A DNA stretch of 64,000 nucleotides from an uncultured Gemmatimonadales bacterium (GTDB taxonomy: Bacteria; Gemmatimonadota; Gemmatimonadetes; Gemmatimonadales; GWC2-71-9). Below, piece after piece: positions 8,010 through 16,805 of the stretch (position 1 is the first letter of the stretch; every line of letters starts with the position of its first letter). The position numbers and the translations under genes were made by a program. The notes beneath the pieces were generated by a model. That model saw only the letters and a program-made list of their open reading frames with translations, was not told the origin of the DNA and made no database searches. The stretch covers positions 608,001-672,000 of the forward strand of contig CAVYSW010000003.1 in NCBI GenBank assembly GCA_963771275.1, given 5' to 3'.

Positions 8010-10434
8010 GGAGCGGGTGGTCGGGACGCCCCACCGCAAGGTGGACGCGGTGGGAAAGGTCACGGGCCGCACCCGATTCGCCGACGACCTGGCGCTCCCC
8101 AGGATGCTGTACTGCCGCCTGCTCAGGAGCCCGCACGCCCACGCGCGGATCGTCGCGATCGACACGGCGCGCGCGGCGGCGCTGGACGGCGTCCGGGCCG
8201 TGCTCACCGGCGCCGCGCTGCCGGTGCCGTTCGGCATCCTCCCGGTGAGCCAGGACGAGCACGCGCTCGCGCCCGACCGCGTCCGGTTCATCGGGGATCC
8301 GGTGGCGGCGGTCGCGGCGGTGAGCGAGGAGATTGCCACCGCGGCGCTCGACCTGATCGACGTGACCTACGAGCCGCTCCCCGCCATCGCCGACCCCGAG
8401 GCCGCGATCGCCCCGACCAAGACGCCGATCCACGACTACGGCGACGCGGGCAACCTCCACAAGCTGATCAGCCTCGAGTTCGGCGACGTGGCGGAGGCGC
8501 TGGCGCGGGCCGATCACGTGCGGGAAGACCTGTTCTTCTACGGCGGGAACACCCATCTCGCCATGGAGCAGCACGCGGCGCTCGCGGACTTCTCGCCCGA
8601 CGGCAAGCTCACGCTCTGGTCGTCGACCCAGACGCCGCACTACGTGCACCGCGCCCTGTCCCGGGTGCTCGAGCTGCCGCCCGCCAGGATTCGGGTGATC
8701 GCGACGCCCAACGGCGGCGGGTTCGGCGGCAAGAGCGACCCGTTCGGCCACGAGATCGTGGTGGCCAAGCTCGCCATGCTCACCGGCCGGCCCGTGAAGA
8801 TCACCCTCACGCGCGAAGAGGTGTTCTACTGCCACCGCGGGCGCCACCCGACGCTGATGTGGGTCCGGACCGGCGTCACGCGCGACGGCCGCATCACGGG
8901 CATGCATTTCCGCACGCTGCTCGACGGTGGCGGCTACGGCTCGTACGGCGTGGCGAGCGCCTACTACACGGGGGCACTCCAGACCGTCACGTACCGGGTA
9001 GAGCGCTACAAGTTCGAGGGCGCGCGCGCGTTCACCAACAAGGCGCCGTGCGGCCCCAAGCGTGGGCACGGCACGCCGCAGCCGCGCTTCGCGCTCGAGG
9101 TCCAGATGGACAAGCTGGCCGAGGACCTCGGCATCGATCCCGCGGAGCTCAGGCTGCGCCACCTGGCGCCCGCCAATTCGGTGACCGCGAACTACCTCAA
9201 GATCGGCTCGATGGGCCTCGGCGCCTGCATCGAGAAGGTGATGGCCGGGGCCGGCTGGAAGGCCCGCCGCGGGCGGCTTGGGCCGGGCCGCGGCCTCGGG
9301 CTCGCGTGCTCGAGCTACCTGAGCGGGGCGGGTCTCCCGATCTACTGGAACGACATGCCCCACTCCGGCGTGCAGCTCAGGTGCGATCGCGGGGGCGGCG
9401 TCACGGTGTTCTGCGGCTCGACGGACATCGGCCAGGGATCGGACTCGATTCTCGCGTCCATCGTCGCCGAGGTGCTCGGCGTCGCCATCGCCGACGTGAC
9501 CGTCGTGACCGCCGACACGGACCTCACGCCGGTTGATCTCGGCAGCTACTCGAGCCGCGTGACGCTGATGAGCGGGAACGCGGCGCTGCAGGCGGCCGAG
9601 CGGGCGCGCGCGATCCTGGCGCCGCACGCCGCCGCGAAGCTCGCGGTTCCTCCCGACCGGCTGGTGTTCGCCGCCGGCCGCGCGTTCGACGCCGAGAACC
9701 CGGAAACCGGCATGGCATTCGCCGAGGCGGTGCAGCTCGCGGAGGCCAAACACGGCACCGTCGGCACGGTGGGCTCCTATACGCCACCCCGAAGCCCGGG
9801 CCGGTATCGCGGGGCCGGCGTGGGGCCGTCGCCCGCCTACTCGTACTCCGCCGCGATCGCGCAGGTCGACGTGGACGCCGAGACCGGGATCGTGCGCGTG
9901 CCCAAGATCTGGGTCGCGCACGACGTGGGGCGCTGCATCAACCCGGCGACCGTGATGGGGCAGGTCGAGGGCAGCGTGTACATGGGGCTCGGCGAGGCGC
10001 TGATGGAGGAGATGGAGTACCGGCCGAACCGGCGCCTGCTGCACAAGATCCCCAGCATGCTCGAGTACAAGAGCCCCACCACGCTCGAGATGTGCGACGT
10101 CGAGACGTACCTGATCGAGGACCCCGACCCGAACGGCCCGTTCGGCGCGAAGGAGGTGGGCCAGGGCCCGCTGCTCCCCATCCCGCCCGCCGTCGCGAAC
10201 GCGGTGTACGACGCGGTGGGCGTGCGGATCGACGAGGTGCCGATCACGCCCGAGAAGGTGCTCAGGGCGCTCAAGGACAAGGCCCGCGGGGGCGCCGCGC
10301 GGTTCGGGCCGGACCGGTTCCCGGACATTCCCTGGCCCGTCCCAACGGTCGTGGCGCCGCCGTGGGAAGGCGGGGATGGACGGCCACGGGCAGGGGCAGA
10401 GGGGCAGAGGGGGAGAGAGGAGCGCCAGCACTGA
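7996..10434 (+). CDS. Molybdopterin-binding large subunit, 4-hydroxybenzoyl-CoA reductase alpha (HcrA)-like
   Basis: GGGFGGK, RGHG, DIGQGS, GSYSSRVT and DPNGPFGAKE motifs of the XDH/Hcr family. Confidence 0.88.
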   Translation: MAAGKERVVGTPHRKVDAVGKVTGRTRFADDLALPRMLYCRLLRSPHAHARIVAIDTARAAALDGVRAVLTGAALPVPFGILPVSQDEHALAPDRVRFIGDPVAAVAAVSEEIATAALDLIDVTYEPLPAIADPEAAIAPTKTPIHDYGDAGNLHKLISLEFGDVAEALARADHVREDLFFYGGNTHLAMEQHAALADFSPDGKLTLWSSTQTPHYVHRALSRVLELPPARIRVIATPNGGGFGGKSDPFGHEIVVAKLAMLTGRPVKITLTREEVFYCHRGRHPTLMWVRTGVTRDGRITGMHFRTLLDGGGYGSYGVASAYYTGALQTVTYRVERYKFEGARAFTNKAPCGPKRGHGTPQPRFALEVQMDKLAEDLGIDPAELRLRHLAPANSVTANYLKIGSMGLGACIEKVMAGAGWKARRGRLGPGRGLGLACSSYLSGAGLPIYWNDMPHSGVQLRCDRGGGVTVFCGSTDIGQGSDSILASIVAEVLGVAIADVTVVTADTDLTPVDLGSYSSRVTLMSGNAALQAAERARAILAPHAAAKLAVPPDRLVFAAGRAFDAENPETGMAFAEAVQLAEAKHGTVGTVGSYTPPRSPGRYRGAGVGPSPAYSYSAAIAQVDVDAETGIVRVPKIWVAHDVGRCINPATVMGQVEGSVYMGLGEALMEEMEYRPNRRLLHKIPSMLEYKSPTTLEMCDVETYLIEDPDPNGPFGAKEVGQGPLLPIPPAVANAVYDAVGVRIDEVPITPEKVLRALKDKARGGAARFGPDRFPDIPWPVPTVVAPPWEGGDGRPRAGAEGQRGREERQH

Positions 10435-11441
10435 TGCTCCGCCTGCCGGAGTTCCGCTATCTCCAGCCTGCGACCCTCAAGCAGGCGCTCGTCTTCAAGG
10501 CCAACGCCGGCCCGGAGGGGATGTACGTGGCGGGTGGGACGGATCTCTATCCCAACATGAAGCGCCGGCATCAGGAGCCGCGGGTGGTGATTTCGCTGGC
10601 CGGCATCCGCGCGCTCCGGAAGCAGCCGGCGGAGCGGCGCAACGGTGGAACGGCGGATAGGGGCTACGCGCTCGGGGCCGGGCTCACGCTGACGGAACTC
10701 GTGGAGCACCGGCGTCTGCGGAAGCGATACCCGGTGGTCGCGCGTGCGGCCGAGCTGATCAGCACGCCGCTGCTCCGCAACATGGGGACGCTGGGCGGCA
10801 ACCTCTGCCTCGATACGCGCTGCAACTACTACGACCAGTCGTACGAGTGGCGCAAAGCGATCGACTTCTGCATGAAAAAGGACGGCGCGATCTGCTGGGT
10901 GGCGCCGAGCAGCCCGCGGTGCTGGGCGGTGCAGTCCTCCGACCTCGCCCCGGTGATGGTGGCGATCGACGCGCGCTTCCTCCTGGTCGGCCCGAGCGGC
11001 GAGCGCGTGGTTCCCGCGGCGGAGTTCTACCACGACGACGGGATCGCCTATCTCACGAAGCAGCCGGACGAGATCGTCGCGGAGGTCGCCCTGCCCGCGG
11101 CGCAGGGATGGGATGCCACGTATCACAAGCTGAGGCGCCGCGGCGCGTTCGATTTCCCGGTGCTGGGTGTGGCCGCGTGGGTGCGGTGGGACGGGGACGC
11201 GGTCGCCGACGCGCGCATCGTCCTGGGCGGCATCGCCAGCCACCCGCAGACCGTTCCGGACGCGGCCCGTGCCATCCGGGGCACGCGGCTGGACGCGGAC
11301 GCCGTCCAGGCGGCCGCGGAGGCGGCGTTCCGGCCGGCGAAGCCGATGGACAACACGGATTTCGGGCTGTCCTGGCGAAAGGAGATGACGCGAGTCTATG
11401 TGCGACGGGCCCTCGAGGAGCTGCGCGATCGGCGGCGCTGA
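10434..11441 (+). CDS. FAD-binding subunit with 4Fe-4S insertion (HcrB-like)
   Basis: AGGTDL; GTLGGNLCLDTRC-x15-C-x7-C-x8-C insert characteristic of HcrB; ATG overlaps the upstream stop. Confidence 0.88.
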   Translation: MLRLPEFRYLQPATLKQALVFKANAGPEGMYVAGGTDLYPNMKRRHQEPRVVISLAGIRALRKQPAERRNGGTADRGYALGAGLTLTELVEHRRLRKRYPVVARAAELISTPLLRNMGTLGGNLCLDTRCNYYDQSYEWRKAIDFCMKKDGAICWVAPSSPRCWAVQSSDLAPVMVAIDARFLLVGPSGERVVPAAEFYHDDGIAYLTKQPDEIVAEVALPAAQGWDATYHKLRRRGAFDFPVLGVAAWVRWDGDAVADARIVLGGIASHPQTVPDAARAIRGTRLDADAVQAAAEAAFRPAKPMDNTDFGLSWRKEMTRVYVRRALEELRDRRR

Positions 11442-12996
11442 GCGCGCGCTGCTGCTGGGTGCCGTGTTGCTCACGGCATGTCGGGCGAGCGGGTTCTCCA
11501 CGCCGCCGCGCGATGCCAGCGTGGTCCGCATCGCGGCGCCGAGCCGCATCAGCGCGATGACGCCGAGCGCGAGCTGGGACTATTACACCGCGCAGGTCAC
11601 CCGGCTCGTGTTCGAGGGTCTCACCCGGATCGAGGAGAGCGGCGATCTCGTTCCCGGCCTGGTGCGGTCGTGGAGCGCCGCCCGGGAGGGACGCGAGTTT
11701 CGCTACATCCTGCGCACGGGCGTGACGTTCCACGACGGCACGCCGGTCACGGCCGCCGACGTGCGGCGCTGCTGGATGGCGGCCTTGCGCGCCGATCCCG
11801 AGGCGTTGTCCCATCCATGGATGCTCGACCCGATCGAGGGCGCCCTCGAATTCTCCCGCGGCACGCGGGACGACCTGCCCGGCCTGGTGGTGCTGGACGA
11901 CACCACGCTGGTGGTCCGCCTGCGCGAGCCGCTCGCGTTCTTCCCCACCCTCACGGCGCTGCCGCAGGCCGCCATCTCGGCCGTGGCGAGCGATTCGGCA
12001 CACCCGATCGGCACGGGCCCGTGGCGCTGGGTGGGCGCCGACGGCGGCGAGCCCGACATCCGCTTCGCCCGGAACACGCGGTACTGGGGGGACCCGCCGC
12101 ACCTGGATTCCCTGGTCTACCGCTTCGTCCCGGACTCGCTGGCCGATCGGGCGTTCGCCGCGGGCTTCGTCGACATGGTCTCCGAGCTGCCCGTCGTGAC
12201 CCGCCTCGAATGGAGCGCCCGGAGCGACGTGGGGTTCGTGGAGTCCGCGGCGGCTGCGCTCACCCGCATCGTGATCAACATGCGGGAGCCGGTGTTTCAC
12301 GACGTCCGCGTGCGGCGCGCCCTGAACCACGCGATCGACGCGGCGCGCCTGGCCCGGACCACCGCGGCGCCCACGTCCGTGCGGGCCGCCGGATCGATCC
12401 CGCCATCCCTGCCGGGCGCCGATCCCGAGCGGGCGCCCTACGCGTTCGACCCGGCCCTGGCACGTCACCTCTGGCAGGCAGGCGGCTACCCCGCAGACCG
12501 GCCGCTGCGACTCTGGGCGCCCGGCCCCGGCCTGGCCGACTACCCCCCGGAGATCGGTGAGCTCGTGCGCAGCTACCTCGAGGGTGCCGGCCTCACGGTG
12601 GAGCTGACGACGCAGAGCCAGGGGCTCGAGCAGGCGATGCGCGAGCGCAGGGCGGACCTGGTGATCTCGGTGTGGGTGGGCGACTACCCCGATGGCGACG
12701 CGTATCTCTACCCCCTGTACCACTCCACGGTCGCGGGCTCGGCGGGCAACGACGGGGCGTACGCCAACCCCGAGGTCGATCGCCTGATCGACGAGTCGCG
12801 CCGCGCGCTCGACCCCGCGCGCCGGGCCGCGTTGCTCCGCGCGGCCGACGGCCTGGTGTTCGCGGACGCGGCGGCGGTCCCGCTCTGGTTCACGCACAGC
12901 GCCACCGCGTACTCGCTCCGCCTCGCGGGCTGGGGCCACGATCCCCAGGGCTCGCGCTTCACCGCGCTTCGCCTCGCGGCCGGCGGGATGCCCTGA
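11398..12996 (+). CDS. Family 5 (peptide/nickel) ABC solute-binding lipoprotein
   Basis: Lipobox LTAC; LRTGVTFHDGTPVTAADV, PIGTGPW and DVRVRRALNHAID; true start probably further downstream. Confidence 0.88.
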   Translation: MCDGPSRSCAIGGAERALLLGAVLLTACRASGFSTPPRDASVVRIAAPSRISAMTPSASWDYYTAQVTRLVFEGLTRIEESGDLVPGLVRSWSAAREGREFRYILRTGVTFHDGTPVTAADVRRCWMAALRADPEALSHPWMLDPIEGALEFSRGTRDDLPGLVVLDDTTLVVRLREPLAFFPTLTALPQAAISAVASDSAHPIGTGPWRWVGADGGEPDIRFARNTRYWGDPPHLDSLVYRFVPDSLADRAFAAGFVDMVSELPVVTRLEWSARSDVGFVESAAAALTRIVINMREPVFHDVRVRRALNHAIDAARLARTTAAPTSVRAAGSIPPSLPGADPERAPYAFDPALARHLWQAGGYPADRPLRLWAPGPGLADYPPEIGELVRSYLEGAGLTVELTTQSQGLEQAMRERRADLVISVWVGDYPDGDAYLYPLYHSTVAGSAGNDGAYANPEVDRLIDESRRALDPARRAALLRAADGLVFADAAAVPLWFTHSATAYSLRLAGWGHDPQGSRFTALRLAAGGMP

Positions 12997-12998
12997 TC

Positions 12999-15017
12999 AT
13001 GCTCGACCTCCTGTTCGGCCTGCCGCCACGCATCTGGGGGCTGCTGGCCCTCGTCGTGCTCGCCCCGGCCGTCGTGGGACTCGGGTGGCTGATCGTCATG
13101 CGCAACCGGGCGATCGGCATCGCGGCGCGCCTCGCGGGCCGGGCCGTCATCGTGATGGCCCTGGGCCTCGGGGTGCTCGCGACGGTCGCGACGCTCGCCC
13201 TCGTGCGCACGGGGCTGCAGGAAATCCAGCGCCGCCACCTCCCTCCCGTCGTCGAGCTCGCGGCGCAGCTCGGCAGCGGGCACCAGCGCAGCCCGCAGGA
13301 CATGGCCTTCGACCGGGAGCTGGCGTTGTTCCGGGCGGTCCAGCCGGAGGCCAGCGCCGCCGTCGTCTGGGGAACGCCCTGCCGTGCGCGGTGCCTCGCC
13401 GTGGCCGCCGATCCGAGTGCGCGCGCGCGCGTTCGCACCTGGGCGCTCGACCAGATCGATCACCCCCCGGACCCGCGGGAGCTGCACACGATGACGCTGG
13501 GCGGCGAGATGCAGCTGATCGTGCCCGCCGTCATGCGGGACTCGACCGGTCTGCCGACCGGGCATCTCCTCGTCGCGATGCGCGCCGGCTGGGTCGCGAA
13601 CCGCGCCCTGCAGACGGCGACGCTGCTGCTCGTCATCGCCTACGCGTTCCTCGGCGTCGTGTGGTGGCTCACGCGACGCACGGTGCTCGCGATGGTCGCG
13701 CGGCGCGTCAAGCTGATCGCCCACCGGGTGCGCGCCGCCCGGGCTGGCGACCTGCTGCTGGACTCCCCCCGGGCGGAGGGCCGCGACGAGCTGAGCATTC
13801 TGGAACGGGCGGTGCACGCGCACATCGTGGAGTCGGTCGTCCGGCTGCGCGAAGCGGATCGGCGTACCGCGGACGCCCGCGCCCTGGCGGCCCGCATGGA
13901 ATCCACCGCCACGCTGGCGGCCGGTGTGGCGCACGATTTCAACAACCTGATGACGGGGGTCATGGCCAACGCCGAGATCCTCAAGTACGACATCAAGGAG
14001 GGCACCGATACGCACGAGACCATCGGGACGATCATCGAGTGCGCGCATCGCGGCGGCCAGCTGGCCCAGCAACTCCTGGCGTTTGCGCGCGGCGGGCGGT
14101 ATCAGACGACGTGCGTCGACCTCAACGCGCTGGTCCGCGATTCCGTCCGGGTCGAGGCGCACACCGTCACATCCGCCATCGAGGTCCGGACGCACCTCGC
14201 CCCCGACCTGATGATCCTCGAGGCGGATCCGGTGCAACTCGGTCAGGTGGTCGGCAACCTGCACCGCAACGCGGTCGAGGCGCTCGCCGGCGTCGGAGGC
14301 GGCCGAATCACGATTGCGACGCGGAACCTCCCGGCCGACGGCGAGCGACCACCGGCCCTCACCGACCTCCCCGCGAAGCCGTACGTCGAGCTGTCCGTTG
14401 CGGACACCGGCCCCGGTATGAGCGCCGACACGCGGGAACGCATCTTCGAGCCGTTCTTCACGACGAAGGAGGGCGGGCGGGGCATGGGTCTCGCCGCGAC
14501 CTACGGCATCGTGACCCATCATGGTGGCCAGATCGAGGTCCGCAGCGAGCCCGGCACCGGCACGGTATTCCGCGTGTATCTGCCGGCTGCCGCCGCGCAG
14601 GCCCCCGTGCGACCGGGGCCCGTGCCCGCGCCTCCGGCCAAGCGCACGATCCTGTTCGTGGATGACGAGGCGGCGATCCTGTCCGCCACGCGGCGCCTGC
14701 TCGAAGCCTACGGGTATGACGTGCTCGTCGCGGAGAACGGCGCGGCCGGCATCGAGGCCGCCCGGCGCGCGCCGACCCCGATCGACGTCGTGCTGCTCGA
14801 CATGCGCATGCCGGGGATGAGCGGGATCGAGGCGTTCGGGCCCCTGCGGGAAGCGCAGCCCGACGCCAAGGTGATCATCTGCAGCGGCTACGAGCTCGAT
14901 GCCGCCGCCCGGGGCCTGCTCGACCGCGGCGCGGCGAGCTTCGTGCAGAAGCCGTTCCGCATCGACGATCTCGTCGTTGCCATCGAGCAGGCCCGCGCCG
15001 CACCGGTCGGGTCGTGA
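12999..15017 (+). CDS. Membrane hybrid sensor histidine kinase-receiver
   Basis: TM helices; H-box AHDFNNL; DTGPGM, FEPFFTTK and GMGLA; C-terminal receiver (LLDMRMP, QKPF). Confidence 0.92.
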   Translation: MLDLLFGLPPRIWGLLALVVLAPAVVGLGWLIVMRNRAIGIAARLAGRAVIVMALGLGVLATVATLALVRTGLQEIQRRHLPPVVELAAQLGSGHQRSPQDMAFDRELALFRAVQPEASAAVVWGTPCRARCLAVAADPSARARVRTWALDQIDHPPDPRELHTMTLGGEMQLIVPAVMRDSTGLPTGHLLVAMRAGWVANRALQTATLLLVIAYAFLGVVWWLTRRTVLAMVARRVKLIAHRVRAARAGDLLLDSPRAEGRDELSILERAVHAHIVESVVRLREADRRTADARALAARMESTATLAAGVAHDFNNLMTGVMANAEILKYDIKEGTDTHETIGTIIECAHRGGQLAQQLLAFARGGRYQTTCVDLNALVRDSVRVEAHTVTSAIEVRTHLAPDLMILEADPVQLGQVVGNLHRNAVEALAGVGGGRITIATRNLPADGERPPALTDLPAKPYVELSVADTGPGMSADTRERIFEPFFTTKEGGRGMGLAATYGIVTHHGGQIEVRSEPGTGTVFRVYLPAAAAQAPVRPGPVPAPPAKRTILFVDDEAAILSATRRLLEAYGYDVLVAENGAAGIEAARRAPTPIDVVLLDMRMPGMSGIEAFGPLREAQPDAKVIICSGYELDAAARGLLDRGAASFVQKPFRIDDLVVAIEQARAAPVGS

Positions 15018-15053
15018 CGCGAGGCGCCGAGCGCCCCAACACGCCATGAGAGG

Positions 15054-16694
15054 ATGCCCATGTCCATCGCGCTGAGTCGCAGGGAGTTTCTCCAGGCCTC
15101 CGCTCTCGGGGGACTGACGCTGGCGACGCGCCCCGGGCCGGCCGCGTCGGTGGCGGTCGGCGCCGGCCGCAGCGTTGCCCAGTTCGAGCTGGAGGAGGCG
15201 ACGATCGCCGCCCTGCAGGGGTACCTCGCGTCGGGCCGCTACACCGCCCGCGCGCTGTGCGACGCCTACCTCGCGCGCATCGAGGCCGTCGATCGCGGCG
15301 GCCCGACCCTCCGCGCCGTGATCGAGCTGAACCCCGACGCGCCGGCCATCGCGGAGCGGCTCGATGGCGAGCGCCGCGCCGGCCGCGTGCGCGGCCCGCT
15401 GCACGGCATCCCGATCCTCATCAAGGACAACATCGGCACCCACGACCGGATGACCACCACCGCGGGCTCGCTCGCGCTCGAGGGGTCGGTGCCGCCGCGC
15501 GACGCGTTTGTCGTCGAGCGGTTGCGCGCGGCGGGTGCTGTGATCCTGGGAAAGACCAACCTGTCGGAATGGGCCAACTTCCGGGGCAACCAGTCGTCGA
15601 GCGGCTGGAGCGGCCGCGGGGGCCAGTGCCGCAATCCGTACGCGCTCGACCGCAACCCATGCGGGTCCAGCTCCGGCACCGGCGCGGCGATCTCGGCCAA
15701 CCTCGCCGCCGTCGGCGTCGGCACCGAAACCGACGGCTCGGTCGTGTGCCCGTCCAACGCGAATTCGCTCGTCGGGATCAAGCCGACGCTCGGGCTGGTG
15801 AGCCGCTCCGGCATCATCCCGATCGCGCACAGCCAGGACACCGCCGGCCCGATGTGCCGCACGGTCACCGACGCGGCGATCCTGCTCGGCGCCATGACCG
15901 GGACGGACCCGCGCGACCCGGCGACCGCCGCCGGTGCCGCGTACGCCGGCACCGATTACACGCGGTTCCTCGACGCCGGCGGGCTCCGCGGCGCGCGAAT
16001 CGGCGTCGCCCGGAAGAAGTTCTGGGGCTACAGTCCCGAAGCCGATCGGCTGGTCGAGGCCGCGCTCGAGGTGCTCCGCCGCCAGGGCGCCGTGCTCGTC
16101 GACCCCGCCGACCTCCCCCATGCCGGCGAGTACGGGGACAGCGAGTACACGGTGCTGCTCTACGAGTTCAAGGCCGACCTCAACGCCTACCTCGCGGACC
16201 TCGGCCCCGCGGCGCCGATCGGAAGCCTGGCCGACGCGATCGCGTTCAACGAGCAGCACGCGGACCGTGAGCTGCTGTACTACGGGCAGGAGACCTTCAT
16301 CGAGGCCCAGGAGAAAGGGCCGCTCACCGAGCAGGAGTACCTCGACGCGCTGGCGAAGAACCATCGCCTGGCGCGTGACGAGGGGCTCGACGCCGTGATG
16401 CGGCAACACGGCCTCGACGCCCTGGTGGCGCCGACCGGCGGCCCGCCCTGGCCGACCGATCTCGTCAACGGGGACCACTTCCTGGGCGACAGCTCGACGC
16501 CGGCGGCCGTGGCGGGCTACCCCGGCATCACGGTGCCGGTGGGCTACAGCTTCGGCTTGCCGGTGGGGATGTCGTTCGTCGGGCGGGCGTGGTCGGAGGG
16601 AACGCTCATCAAGCTGGCGTTTGCGTACGAGCAGGCGGCGCAGCCGCGCCGGCCGCCGCACTTCCTCCCGACCGCCGACCTCACGACCCCCTGA
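15054..16694 (+). CDS. Amidase (amidase-signature family), Tat-exported
   Basis: SRREFLQ Tat motif; KDN, CGSSSG and GTETDGSVVCP. Confidence 0.92.
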   Translation: MPMSIALSRREFLQASALGGLTLATRPGPAASVAVGAGRSVAQFELEEATIAALQGYLASGRYTARALCDAYLARIEAVDRGGPTLRAVIELNPDAPAIAERLDGERRAGRVRGPLHGIPILIKDNIGTHDRMTTTAGSLALEGSVPPRDAFVVERLRAAGAVILGKTNLSEWANFRGNQSSSGWSGRGGQCRNPYALDRNPCGSSSGTGAAISANLAAVGVGTETDGSVVCPSNANSLVGIKPTLGLVSRSGIIPIAHSQDTAGPMCRTVTDAAILLGAMTGTDPRDPATAAGAAYAGTDYTRFLDAGGLRGARIGVARKKFWGYSPEADRLVEAALEVLRRQGAVLVDPADLPHAGEYGDSEYTVLLYEFKADLNAYLADLGPAAPIGSLADAIAFNEQHADRELLYYGQETFIEAQEKGPLTEQEYLDALAKNHRLARDEGLDAVMRQHGLDALVAPTGGPPWPTDLVNGDHFLGDSSTPAAVAGYPGITVPVGYSFGLPVGMSFVGRAWSEGTLIKLAFAYEQAAQPRRPPHFLPTADLTTP

Positions 16695-16805
16695 GACACA
16701 GCCCGCGTGGCGCGGACCGGGTTTTGCCGCGTCCGGCGCCCAGCACGCAAACGTGCAGCGAGGAGTGGCAACGAGCACCGCTGCACGCTGCACGCTGCAC
16801 GGCAG

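Noticed and set aside
12708..16793. 1361-aa minus-strand ORF and similar long ORFs (7918-10431, 16707-20027, 53004-55409, 59009-61444)
   Set aside because: Antisense shadows of well-supported genes in high-GC DNA; Arg/Gly-rich with no motifs.
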